From Octopus sinensis (lineage: Eukaryota), in assembly GCF_006345805.1 (NCBI RefSeq), contig NC_043016.1:23932001-23996000 (forward strand): a stretch of 64,000 bases of DNA. The letters run 5' to 3'. The notes beneath the pieces are model-generated. The model did not search any database. It had not been told where the DNA came from and saw only the letters and a list, made by a program, of their open reading frames with translations. Made by a program: the position numbers and the translations under genes. This document shows, piece by piece, positions 13,686 through 26,454 of this stretch; within the stretch, counting starts at the first letter, position 1, and every line of letters starts with the position of its first letter.

Positions 13686-15614
13686 TACACTTATCCACAC
13701 ACACACACACACGTAAAGGTTGGAACATAGCTGTACAGTTAAGAAGTTCACTTCCCTTCTATGTGGTTTCAGGTTCAGTTATGGCCTATCCTAGGTACAT
13801 CTTCAAAATCCCTGTGAATTTGATAAACAGAAACATGCCCATTATGTGTATGTGTGTGTGTGTTTGTGTCTCCTTGGCTTAACGTAACAGTGTCATTCAT
13901 TTACAATATTCTGTAAAAAGATGTCTGACCACAGGAAATATTATCACACTTGGAAACCAGTAAGGGTTGGTGACAGGAAGAACATCCAGTCACAGAAAAT
14001 TTGTCTCAATAAATTCCACATAACCCATGCAGACATAGAAAAGTGGATTGTAAAATAACAAGAACAACATTGTCGATGATGATGATGAGGATGATGATGA
14101 ACAGGAGTAGGCAGAGGATATGCTAGCTTCACACATGCAGTTTTGTAATATTGGAATCTTTTCATGAAGGATCTTTATTGTTTCATTCTGACAGTTTGAT
14201 ACACTTTTCCAAGCAGTAACCACACAACTATGAATTGGATTCACTGAGGCATATAGAGAGATCAATACATCTGACCAAAGATCCCAACACATTTTCAATA
14301 GCAGGGATTCATTTATGACCATCAGTGCCCAAATCATTCAGCTCTCTATCAATCAAATGAACAACATTGGCACCATAAATGAATGGAATCTCATAACATC
14401 CTGAATACCATTTTACACCTTGTTTATTTATATATTTATTTGTTAATATTTTGTTTTCCTTCCTTTACCAGTTCTTATAACCATTCTTTTAAAAGAGGAT
14501 GGGCAAAATATCCCCCCTGCTCATTACTGAAGTTTCACAGTTGAATGACATATCTAATTTCAGCAACATAGCTAAGAAAGGTATGAACATCATACAGCCT
14601 TACTTTTTTTTTTTTCTTCCATCTTCTACACCATTTCATATGTAAGGAAAAGATTATCATTACTGTTGTAAAAAATAAAAAATTTCAAAACTAGAAGAAA
14701 AAATATTATTACCATTGCTTGATGACTGGTGTTGGTGTGTTTACATCCCTGTAACAGTGGCTCAGCAAAAGAAACTGATAAAATAAGTAACAAGCTTAAA
14801 ATAAAACAAAAGTACTGGTATCAGTTTGTTCATCTAAAATTTTTCAATGTGGCACCCTGGCATGTACACAGTCTAATGACTGAAGCAAGTTAAAGATAAA
14901 AGATAGAGATATAAAAAGAAAAATAGGTAGGGAGCTGGAAGAATTGTTAGTGCAGCAGATAAAACACTTACCAACATTTCTTCTAACTCTTTACATTCTA
15001 AGATCAAATCCAATTAAGGTCAACTTTGCTTTTCATCCTATCAGACTTGAGGAAATAAAAGTACCAGTCAAGTCACTCCTTTCAAAATTGCTAGCCTTGT
15101 ACCAAAACTACTAAGAATTATTATTAATTTAAAAAAAAGAAAAACATTCTCAAGCAAACACAATTTGCTGTTATGTACCACACTTTCATAAGTTGTTTTA
15201 GATGTTGATGAAGTCATTAGCAGACACAAGCCCCTCTCAGTGGAACATCAAGGATGTGATAGAGAGAGAGAGAGAGTGTGTGTGTGTGTGTGTGTGAGTG
15301 AACAAGATCAACTCTAGCCTGTTGCTATGTGAAATGTCATGCTCAATGTGCCACTTAGTCCAGGAATTAAATCCATAACTTTATAATTGTAAGCCCAATA
15401 ACTATTACTATGATATGAGCACCAAACAGTGATTAGGCATAAACAAACTTTAGGTTAGTTAAAATATGTTTGTGACATGTTTCAACTGCTAAAAGACACA
15501 TTCGCTGCAGTTACCATGGAGAAAAAATACTCTTATATGGTAAAAAGGTGTAAAAAATACCATATCTGCCCAATAACTATTAATAAAAATAATGATTATT
15601 ATTATCATTATTAT

Positions 15615-15810
15615 TGTGAAGGCTTGGGGCTTACCTGTTATGGTGCTGGACACATTGCTGTAAAGAACTGGGCTAGATGTTACAGATGCAACAAAGAGGA
15701 TGGCTATAAATCACTGAAGCTGCAGAGATTATTAAGTGGGTTTAAATAAAGAGAGCAGACAGTAATTTGCTGCTGTTGGATGCAAGCTGGGACTTGATCA
15801 ATCATGGCTG
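15615..15810 (+). pseudogene. Possible gag relic with degenerate twin zinc knuckles
   Basis: TCYGAGHIAVKNWARCYRCNKEDGYK resembles decayed CX2CX4HX4C pairs; LLLDAS downstream weakly resembles a protease motif. Confidence 0.35.
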
Positions 15811-15904
15811 GGTCAAATGAGGGGGATCTGATGCTGAAAGACCCTAATCCCACAAACATCAAAAGAGCATCTGTGAGATGTATTTTAAAACCATGTATCA
15901 TAAT

Positions 15905-16990
15905 CATCATAATCATTTAACATCGCTTTCCATGCCATGCTGGCATGGGTTGGATGGTTTGACTGAGGGCTGGAGAGCCAGAAGGCTGCCCCAGGCTCCA
16001 ATCCTATCTGACAAAGGTTCTACAGCTGGATGCCCTTCCTAATGCCAACCACTCTGAGAGTATAGTGGGTGCTTTTTACATGCCACCATCACGAGGGCCA
16101 GTCAGGTAGTGCTGGCATTGACCATGCTTGCATGGTGCCTTTCACATGCCACCAGCATGGGAGCCAGTCAGGTGGTACTGGCAATGACCATGCTCGAATG
16201 GTGCTTTTTATGTGCCACCAGCACGGGACCAGTCAGCCAGTACTGGCATCAACCATGCTTGAATGATACTTTTTACATGCCACTGACACAGGAGCCAGTC
16301 AGAAGGCACTGGCAATGATCACACTCGAATGGCATGGTTTTTCTGGCTGGATGCCCTTCCTAATGTCAACCACTTTACAGAGTGTGCTAGATGCTTTTAT
16401 GTGGCACTGGCACAAATATTTTTTTTATGTGGTACTGACATAAGAGCTTTTTCTGTGACACTGGCATAGGACTCTTGCAGGCCAATTCACTTCACCTGGA
16501 GGGGCAGACTTAACACTTCTGTGGAGTATGAGTCTTGGTCTTTTACCATTTTGTTTGAAAGGTTCAGTGTCCTGAGGTCATCCTTATCATCGTCATCATC
16601 ATCATCATTTAGCATCTGTTTTCCATGTTGGCATGAGTTAGAAGTTTGACTAAAACTGGTAAGCTGTAGGGCTACATGAGGTTCTAGTCTGATTTGACAT
16701 GCTTTCTACAGTTGGGTGCCCTTCCTCACACCAACCACTCCAAGAGTGGGTGCTCTTTATGTGCCACTGGCATGGGTGCCAGTTGCATGATACCAGCATC
16801 AACCACAACTATGATTTCACTAGGCTTCATTGGTCTTCTCAAGCACAGCAAATCACCAAAGGTCTTTGTCACTTATCATTTCCTCCATGAGGCCCAATGT
16901 TCGAAGGGTGCTTTTCATGTGCCACTGGCATGGATGCCAGTTATGCGACACCAGCATCAGCCACGACTATGTGGTCATGCTGGGATACCA
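15905..16990 (-). mobile_element. Two adjacent RTE 3' UTR fragments with about 66-bp tandem units
   Basis: Two (CAT)n tails at about 15905 and 16590; repeated GGTGCTTTTTACATGCCAC units. Confidence 0.8.
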
Positions 16991-18223
16991 TCTTGAAGAA
17001 TTTTTAGTCAAATGAATCGACCCCAGAACCAATGTTTTTTTAAAGCCTGGTTTATTATATCTGTCTCTTTTACTGAACTGGTAAGTTACTGCTGTTAAGC
17101 AGTAGTGGGGAACAAACACAAAGACAGACATATATATCGATGTGTGTGTGACAGGCTTCTTTCAGTTTCCAGCTACCAAATCCACTCACAAGGCTTTGGC
17201 TATCTGAGACTATTGTAGAAAACACTTACTCTTAGGTGCCATGTAAGTGGGACTGACCCAGAACCAAATGGTTGGGAATCAAGCTTCTTACATATATTAT
17301 AATAAATTATTAGTCATCTGTAGGCAAAACTACATCTTCATGTCATAATCTTTTCTGTGCAAAATAGTATCAGCTGGTTGTAAGTCCTTACTGAATTCTT
17401 TTATTTCAGAGATTTTCTGCTAAATGGATTGTCTTTGCTACAACTGGTGATCACCATCTAGTTTTGACTATACTGGATGGTGGTAGTTGACTCTCCTGAG
17501 TTTCTCTGCCCTTGTTTATTTCACCCCATAGGGTGTCCAAAGATGAACTCTCTTCATCAAGCTAGGTTGTTGAGGCTGCTGATTTAGTCACTGATGACCT
17601 GACCATGCAACAGGTTGTACTGGTTACATATTACTTAGTAGCGTAAGAACGACATATATATGCATGAATGTTTATACATAAAATAGGTAAATATACATTT
17701 ATGTGTATGTATGTATGTATGTATGTATTATGTATGTATGTATGAAGATAATGTTTTTTTTTTTCATGCTTTAAGCTAGCATAACAAGTCAACCACACCC
17801 ATTAATAATAACAGTATTCCATTTGTAAATTAATGGTGAACTTCAAAAAACTAGATGCTGAAACTTGTTCTTTTTATTTTCCATATCAGAAACAAGCAGA
17901 AGATTTAGGTTAATTAAGACATTAATTACAAGTTCATCAAATAAAAATATAAGAAAAAAAAAACAAATGAAAGATTCAAATTTCAAATTTTAGCCTTGAG
18001 GTATTCAGTGAAGTATTATAATTATTACAATTTTTTCTCACATAATTGGCTTTTCCATTACTTTGTAATTGTTATTCACACCTATTAAATAAACATTATT
18101 TCAAATAATAAAGACTTATACAAACAGCATTAGGACTTAACTCAAATTATGACATTCATGTCCAAAGCACAATGTAAATGATATTAAACAGTTAAGACTG
18201 AGATTTATATCTGAGTTGTTTAA

Positions 18224-18446
18224 CTCTTTCATTACCAACCTGGCTGAAACCAGCTCTGGCTTTGTAGTACAAATGTCTTGTTTTTATAAGTTTTAAATTA
18301 AAATCTTCCACCAAACCTTAGACACAATTTATGTTCCTAACACTAGATGAATGATAACTAAGTTATTTTACTAAATTCTTTGTTATATTTAAAGTAATTG
18401 AAAAAAAAACACAGAGCATCTCAAAATAAATACAGTAATGAAAGGG
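18224..18446. mobile_element. TTAA-type (piggyBac-like) MITE
   Basis: TTAA|CTCTTTCATTAC...GTAATGAAAGGG|TCAA. Confidence 0.75.
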
Positions 18447-18543
18447 TCAATTCTTGTATTAACATATTTCTGTTAAAATATACTTTGTTTCCATTATTTT
18501 GAAAATAATGAAGAGTTTAGTAAAATAGCTTTGTCATTATTAA

Positions 18544-18753
18544 CCCTTTAGCATTTAATCCAGCCATATCCAGCCCAAATATTCTATCTGTTTTATGTTC
18601 AAACGAGCCAGATCCAGCATCTTACACCAACCCACCAATGTCCTTCTAAAATTAAACAATCACATCATTGAAATCTCAAAGCTACAAGATTAATTCAAAA
18701 CAATGTGAATAAATATGTATTACATTTAATAGAGTAATCTGAACACTAAAGTG
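18544..18753. mobile_element. TTAA-type MITE nested in another repeat
   Basis: TTAA|CCCTTTAGCATT...AACACTAAAGTG|TTAA; an uninterrupted copy of the host sequence lies at about 18890-18990. Confidence 0.85.
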
Positions 18754-20309
18754 TTAAGTTAAAGTTTGAAACATAAATTAACATGAAATTTTGATGGACG
18801 GTTTTTTTAGATCACTTACACCCTTCTATCGCCATATTTTTGATGAAATACATTGCTTTCTTCATATTTCTAATTCAATTTGTATAAAATGAAGGGTTTA
18901 GTAAAATAACTTTGTCACTATTAAGCTGGTGTTTGGGACATGAATTAACATGAAACTATGATGGAAAGTTTTAATTTAGATCATGTTAAAACAGGAAGTT
19001 TGTATCATAGAACCAAAAGTGGTCTCAGGTAGGTCAAAGCACTGGATATAATGCTTTGCGGTATTTGTTCTAATTCTCTAAACTCTGAGGTCAAATTCCA
19101 TCAACGTAAACTTTGCTTTTTGTTTTTGCAGGTTGATAAAAATGTAAAAATCCAGAGAGGTAGATTTGCGGAACTGTAAAAAAATGTCAAACTGAATCAA
19201 TGTGATTTTTATCCTGGCTCTCTGCATTCTGAGTTCAATTTTGTATAGATGCCTATAAAGAAAGCAGTTGTACCAATTCACAGGTCTAGCATGGTGAGTA
19301 ATGCAAATCCTCAAAAGTAAATGCTGCCATCAAAAAGATGGTTCCTGACAAAGACGAGAAAGAGGTTCCAGCAGATGGCGCTGGTGCCACAATAAAGCAA
19401 CCATGTTTGTGCCATGTAAAAGGCAACCAGCACACTCTGTAAAGTAGTTGGTGCTAGAAAGGGTATCCAGTCATAGAAAACATGTCAAGACAGATAATTG
19501 GAGACCAAGCAGCTCTCCAGCTAGTCATCTCCTGTCAAACCATCCAACCCACGCCAGCATGAAAAACAGATGATAAGCAATGATGATGATATAATTAACT
19601 CAGGAGATTCATTAATCAATTAAATAGAACTAGGAAAATATTACTCATTATTTGATAAACACACTAAACTACTAGCTACATTGGATCACATTTAACTTCC
19701 AAATGACTCACTTCTCCCAGTATTGAGTGTTTCCTTTATCATATGACCACCGAAATATAATGGTGTAGAAACAAGTGAGTTTAAGTGGAAAGGGTATTTT
19801 TAGCAATCTCAAATAAATATCTCATTTACTTTAAATTAATATTGCTTACAACTAACACTTATAGACGCTTCATCAATTTGCAGCTAGAAATGACTGAATA
19901 TAAGATTAGGTTCTTTTTTTTGATTATCCAAACTGCTTTTTTTTGATGTCTCACTATATATGTAGTTTCATTTGGATTTAAATTCATTCTAACATGGTAA
20001 TCATTTCAATATTGATCAGTACCACTAAGTTGACAATGAATATCTAATACTTTTATAACCTGGTTAGCTTAACATCCATTTTTTCCATGCTAGCATGAGT
20101 TAGATAGGAACTTATCAGAGGTAACATTTTATGGCTAGTTACCAATCCTTACTTATTTTTCAAGTACAGGATTTTTTATTCTTCAGTTCTCCCAAAAGGG
20201 TAGAGAAACCGGATGTTATATCAATGAGTAATGCAAACACTAAAATGCTGTTTTGCTAAGATGTGGCAAACAGTGCCATGAAATTTCAATATTTATGAAT
20301 ATATACAGC

Positions 20310-20590
20310 AGTGATCTGACAAAATACTTCGCCTGCCAGACATAAATGCTTAGCGGCATTTCACCAGTCTTTACGCAAGATGGTGAGCTGGCAAATTCAT
20401 TAGCATGCCAGGCAAAATACTTAGCAGCATTTCATCTGTCTTCACATTCTGAGTTCAAATTCTGTCAAAGTCAGCTTTGCTTTTTATCCTTTTAGGATCA
20501 ATAAAAAGAGTACCAGCTAAACACTGGAACCAATGTAATCAACTTACCTCTCCCCTGGAATTACTGGCCTTGTACCAAAATTTGAAATCA
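20310..20590 (+). mobile_element. SINE family B with partly duplicated head
   Basis: AAATGCTTAGCGGCATTT occurs twice, followed by GTTCAAATTC and the body. Confidence 0.7.
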
Positions 20591-20822
20591 ATGTTTATGA
20601 ATATATGGACACAAATACATATATAACATACCTCCATACATTTTCCATCGAGCAATTCTAAACATTGGTCAACCCAAGGCTATAACAGAAGATGCTTGCT
20701 TAAGGCCTACTCTAATAAATTGATAACTCTTCCTGCCTCTGATTAGTACAATTATATTTGCAGTAGTTAATGACAGTATTGATACTCCAATTAGTGAGGA
20801 GCTAACATTTTTGCATATGATA

Positions 20823-21194
20823 GGCATAGGAGTGGCTGTGTGGTAAAGAGCTTGCTTACGAACCACATAGTTCCAGGTTCAGTCCCACTGCGTGGCACTT
20901 TGGGCAAGTGTCTTCTACTATAGCCTCGTGCCAACCAAAGCCTTGTGAGTGGATTTGGTAGACAGAAACTGGAAGAAGCCCGTCGTATATGTGTGTGTGT
21001 GTGTGTTTGTCATCCCAACATCGCTTGACAACCGATGCTGGAGTGTTTACATCCCCATAACTTAGCAGTTCGGCAAAAGGGACCGATAGAATAAGTACTA
21101 GGCTTATAAAGATTAAGTCCTGGGTTCAATTTGCTTGACTAAAGGCAGTGCTCCAGCATAGCTGCAATCAAATGACTGAAACAAGTAAAAGAGT
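20823..21194 (+). mobile_element. SINE family A, full length
   Basis: Complete head to tail, (TG)n core. Confidence 0.9.
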
Positions 21195-22192
21195 ATGATC
21201 TTATCAACTACAAAACATCACCAGCCTATAACCACTTCTAAACCCAAATTATCTTTATTTCACAACATTCCCTCCTAACTAAATGTATTTGTCTTTTTGT
21301 TCTATGCTATTTCTCTCCATTTTCGTTTTTGTATCAACAACATACAATGTGTAAAACTTCCATAATAAACTTGTAACGAACATTATTTTAGATAAATAGT
21401 CAGGCAATTTCAATCCAATTAAATATGATACTGTATTTATTTGTATGCCACGTTGAATATCTAAACCTCTTTCAGATTTCCATATAATGTTTTACAGACT
21501 ACCTATAACCATTCTCCCCACCAAACCCTGCTATCAAAGCAGTCTAAACAATCTCTAATCCATTTGGCAATTCTTTGTACATAATTATCTCTACAACTTA
21601 CCCTATTCACATATCAGCCCACCAATTCAGAGAGGGAAAAATATAATTAATCCTTTATTTGTTCTGATTAATATGTAACCAGTTCATTAACAAGTTTGCT
21701 ACAATTGTTTGTTTTGTTTCACTTTGTTATAAGTAATTAGGTCATCCACATCACTAAGCCATAGCAATCTGAACTATTTAACATGTTGTTATTGCAAAAA
21801 TAATAAGGATCTTTTTAATAAAAAAATTAAAAAATTTTTTTCCATTACTCTAAATAAAGATATTTACATACTTTTTAGACAGACAAATAATTGTAAAGAA
21901 ATATACAATTTATTTCAGAGCACATGACTTAAAAGTCTTTTAATAAATTTGTCTCGCAGGAACCAGAGCAACAGAATTCTATTGTTCATTCACATTTAAC
22001 TGCAACTTTCCCGAATAATCCTTTTATGAACAATCCCTCATCTGATGCCCCATTACAAGTTCCTAACAGGAAAACACATAAAACTTTTTTTTTAGCCATA
22101 ATATAAAGCTATTTAACTTATTTCACTCAATATTTTGGTCTCAGTGATTATTTGCTTGCCTTGATTTAAGTAACTTTTGTAAGGGTTTCACA

Positions 22193-22555
22193 GCAGGAGT
22201 GACAGTGTAGTAAGTAGCTTACTTACCAGCCACATGGTTCCGGGTTCATCCGCACTGCGTGGCACCTTGGGTAAGTGTCTTCTACTATAGCCTCGGGCTG
22301 ACCAAAGCCTCGAGTGGATTTGGTGGACGGAAACTGAAAGAAGCACGTTGTATGTGTGTGTGTGTGTGTGCTTGTCCCCCAAAATTGCTTGACAATCAAT
22401 AGTGGTGTGTTTACGTCCCCATAACTTAGCAGTTTGGCAAAAGAGACCGATAAAATAAGTACTAAGCTTCCAAAGAATAATACTGGGGTCGATTTGCTCG
22501 ACTAAAGGCGGTGCTCCAGTAGGCCACAGTCAAATGACTGAAACAAGTAAAAGAG
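22193..22555 (+). mobile_element. SINE family A, full length
   Basis: Complete head to tail. Confidence 0.9.
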
Positions 22556-22976
22556 TTGTATGACAAATTTAACATATAAAGGAACCACAATAAAAAAAAG
22601 AAATAATTTATAAGAAAAATTCAAAAAAAGAAAAGTCTGATAATTTCTGTCATATTAGAAAAATGTCATGCTAGAGGAGATCCACGCACGCACACACACA
22701 CATCATTATCATCATAGTTTTAATGTTCACTTTTCAGTGCTTTCATGGGGCAGACAGAATTCATTGAGTCTCATTTTGTGTGACTGGGTATGCTCTCTCT
22801 GTTGCCAAATCTCACCACTTTTAAAGAAAGGTATTACTTTTCCTTCACTGGACATGTCTTTCATAGAAGACTGGAAATGAAGGACATGGCTTGCTTGACA
22901 GTGACACTTGTTAACAACTATTCAAGGTGCCAAGACAAAGTACACACATACACATGTACCTATTTCTGTCTCCCTC

Positions 22977-23015
<39 letters not shown>

Positions 23016-23108
23016 TTCAGCAAAATTTAGATTCAAATGAATATGGTACTTAAGCTAGATGCACCAGAATTTTGTATGGTGTTATCCATATAAATCCATG
23101 GGAATGAT

Positions 23109-23292
23109 TATAATCAAAATAAGCAACAAGAATATCTTCAGTAATTTGGTACGATTGTTTCACGCTACATCATTTTATTAAACATTGTAAGTATTACAAC
23201 ATTGTAATACTTAAAATATTTAATAAAATGATGTAGCGTGAAACAATCATACCAAATTACTGAAGATATTCTTGTTGCTTATTTTGAGTATA
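23109..23292. repeat. Foldback palindrome (about 90-bp arms, 2-nt loop)
   Basis: TATAATCAAAATAAGCAAC...GTATTACAA [CA] TTGTAATAC...GTTGCTTATTTTGAGTATA. Confidence 0.92.
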
Positions 23293-23474
23293 TATATATC
23301 CTGGTTTAGCGAATGTTCGTGGAAACCTGCAAGAATTGCCTCAAATAATGTCAGATTTTCCTGTGTGCATCAGCCACTTTACAGAGTATACTGAGTGAAT
23401 TTTATCATAGTACCAGCACTATTTCACAACATTCCCTTCTAACTACAACTTACCCTATTCACATATCCGACCAT

Positions 23475-23727
23475 CAGTCAAGCATCCCACGACAGAGGCA
23501 CTGGTGGATGGCATGGGCTTGCTTCTCCAGTGCTGAACCGCAAGCCCATTGACTTTTCCCGGTTAATTTTCGTTCCTGTTACTGCTTCATAGTCTTTCAG
23601 TGTCTCGCCAACTAGCTCCATGTTCTTCTGGCTAGACACTATGACGGTGATGTCGTCCGCGTATGCAGACACTCTCTTCCCACATCCCAATTCTCACAGG
23701 ATGCCCCTCAGCGTTGCCAGCTAGCAG
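23475..23727 (-). mobile_element. Tx1/L1-like LINE RT fragment
   Basis: VSAYADDITVIVS...YEAVTGTKINREKSMGL (YADD motif and KINxEKS). Confidence 0.75.
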
Positions 23728-23729
23728 GA

Positions 23730-23835
23730 TTAGATAGATATATACATACATACAGAGAAATAGATAGGTAGAGATAGACATAGATAAATAGATATAGGCA
23801 GACAGATAGATATAGACAGACAGACACACACAGAT

Positions 23836-23890
<55 letters not shown>

Positions 23891-24275
23891 CATACAGGTA
23901 GACGGACAGACAGACAGATAGACAGACAGGTAGATAGGGACAGACAAACAGATAGATAGATATGGACAGACAGACAGATAGATATATACATAGATAGAGA
24001 TATTGATATAGACATATATAAATAAAGATAGATAGATAGATATATAGATAGGCAGATAAACAGATAGATAGACAGAAAGTCAAACAGACACACAGACAGA
24101 CAGATAGATAGATAGACAGATAGATACAGACTGACAGACAAACAGACAGACAGATAGACAGAGATACAGACTGACAGACAGATAGATAGATACATACGTA
24201 CGTATGTATATACATACATACATACATACGTACATACATACATACATACATACATAGACAGACAGACACAGATAA
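23730..24275. repeat. Compound (AGAT/AGAC/TACA)n microsatellite
   Basis: Visible tetranucleotide repeats; source of spurious long ORFs. Confidence 0.95.
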
Positions 24276-24884
24276 TCAAGCAGAAGATCTTTAGTATGAA
24301 AACAGTTTTAGTTGCTATTAAAACTGAACTTCATACATGAAATATGAAACATTCCAGAGACTTTAAAACACACACACACACACACACTCCATCTCACTTC
24401 AGGCTGCAAGGATGCTTTTAAGTGGAAAAGATAAGAGGAAAATTATGTTCTCTACAGCATTTGCAACATAACATAATAGCTACCAAATGACAAAAGCCAA
24501 AATGTTTTTGTTTTTGCTTTTTTTGCAATATCAATGAGCACATCAAACAAACTAATAATATTGCAAAAAGTTATTTATTTTCTAAGCAAAGCAATATGGA
24601 ATTAACTAATGAAATAATCAACCTAATTTGACACAGAGATTGATGACCAGGATGATAATACATTCACCATTGTTTAAGACTCTTGATTAACTTCTCAAGC
24701 ATATAATGATTTATTTAATTATTGCCCACCCCCCACCTCAATAGTACCCAGTAATAACTTTCTTACCTGCTCTCCACAGAAAAGGGTAAAAAAAAAAAAA
24801 AGAAGTGCAAAAATATACAAATTCATTTCAGAATATATTTTTCTGCCAAATCTAACATGGACAAGGTTTAGAATACATAGTAAG

Positions 24885-24930
<46 letters not shown>

Positions 24931-25062
24931 CACATATATATATATGTATAAATTTTCAAAATATAACCACATGTATATATATGTATAAATTTTCAAAATA
25001 TAACCACATGTGAATAGTTGGCGATTTTCTTCCTCCGTCTTACCTTCTATGGACTTTCCTCC

Positions 25063-25098
25063 GTTCCCGATAAAGAGCATAAGCTCGAAACGTTAAAC
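25063..25098 (+). ncRNA. Decayed minimal hammerhead ribozyme motif
   Basis: GUUC-CCGAUAA-A-GAGC(AUAA)GCUC-GAAAC-GUU-AAAC; stems I and II present, core altered at positions 4 and 8. Confidence 0.5.
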
Positions 25099-25216
25099 CA
25101 TACTTCTTTCCTTCACTGAGCGTCTGCTAAATACTTTACCTGAACCACATCCCCATCCCCGCGTTGTTGTTTTTTGGGCTTGTTGTTCTTTTAGGGGTTT
25201 ACTACATATACACATA

Positions 25217-25257
<41 letters not shown>

Positions 25258-25282
25258 CAAATATTATGCACATATATATATA

Positions 25283-25456
25283 TTTCTTTATTGTCCACAA
25301 GGGGCTAAACATAGAGGAGACAAACAAGGACAGACGAACGGATTAAGTCAATTACATTGACCCCAGTGCGGAACTGGTACTTAATTTATCGACCTGAAAG
25401 GATGAAAGGCAAAGTCAACTTCGGCGGAATTTTGAACTCAGAACATAACGGCAGAG
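25283..25456 (-). mobile_element. SINE family B 3' part
   Basis: Reverse complement matches the 29995 copy. Confidence 0.8.
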
Positions 25457-25634
25457 TTATATATACATGCACATATATATACATATATATACATGCATAT
25501 ATCTAGATTATATATATAGATATGTATATATAATTATATAAATATATATATATATATATAGAGACATGTATATATAATTATATAAATATATATATGTATA
25601 TAATATATATAGACATGTATATATAATTATATGA

Positions 25635-25666
<32 letters not shown>

Positions 25667-25751
25667 TATATATATAATATATATAATATATAGACATGTA
25701 TATATAATTATAAAATATATATATATATATATATAGATGTATATATATATA

Positions 25752-26050
25752 TCACAGTGATCACCGTGACCGACCAGGCTATCAGATGTTGTTTACACAT
25801 TGCTGGTCACACTGTGCTTAGCCTTCAAATGCCCCCCCCCCCGCTGGCTAAGCAAACAGGCCTACAGGAGAAAGAGTGGAGAAAGTTGTGGCGAAAGAGT
25901 ACAGCAGAGTTCGCCACCATCCCCTGCCAGAGCCTCGTGGAGCTTTAGGTGTTTTCGCTCAATAAACCTCACAACAGCCAGTCTGGGAATCAAAACCGTG
26001 ATCCTCCGACGGCGAGTCCGCTGCCCTAACCACTGGGCCATTGCGCCTCC
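25752..26050 (-). mobile_element. tRNA-headed SINE family D
   Basis: Head GGAGGCGCAATGGCCCAGTGGTTAGGGCAGCGGACTCG...TTGATTCCC; tail fragment also at 39020-39118. Confidence 0.85.
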
Positions 26051-26454
26051 ATATATATATAATATATATATAATATATAATATATATATATTATATATAT
26101 ATATATATATATAACATACATATATGTATACACACACACATATATATATATATCAGCCGAAATTACTACGATGATCCGGTTCTTGACTGAAGACTGAGGG
26201 GTTCGAATGTCCTGTCCATGTTTATTGTATCGTCTTCTAAGAGTTATACGTTCTTGTCCATGTTGTATTTTTCTACATACCTTAATATATATATATATAT
26301 GTATACCTATACACATAAATATGTAGACACATATATACATATACACATAAATATGTAGACATATATACATATATATATATATAGACACATATATACATAT
26401 AAATATATATATATATAGACACACACACATATAAATATATATATACATATATAC

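Noticed and set aside
17400-17615. Plus-strand coding exons after strong acceptors at about 17409 and 17535
   Set aside because: The 17535 segment has stops in all three frames and the 17409 segment lacks a convincing donor or recognisable product; a non-coding exon cannot be excluded.
23632-24279. Long ORFs of 180-215 aa, and many Y/I/H/T-rich ORFs elsewhere
   Set aside because: They are translations of microsatellites.
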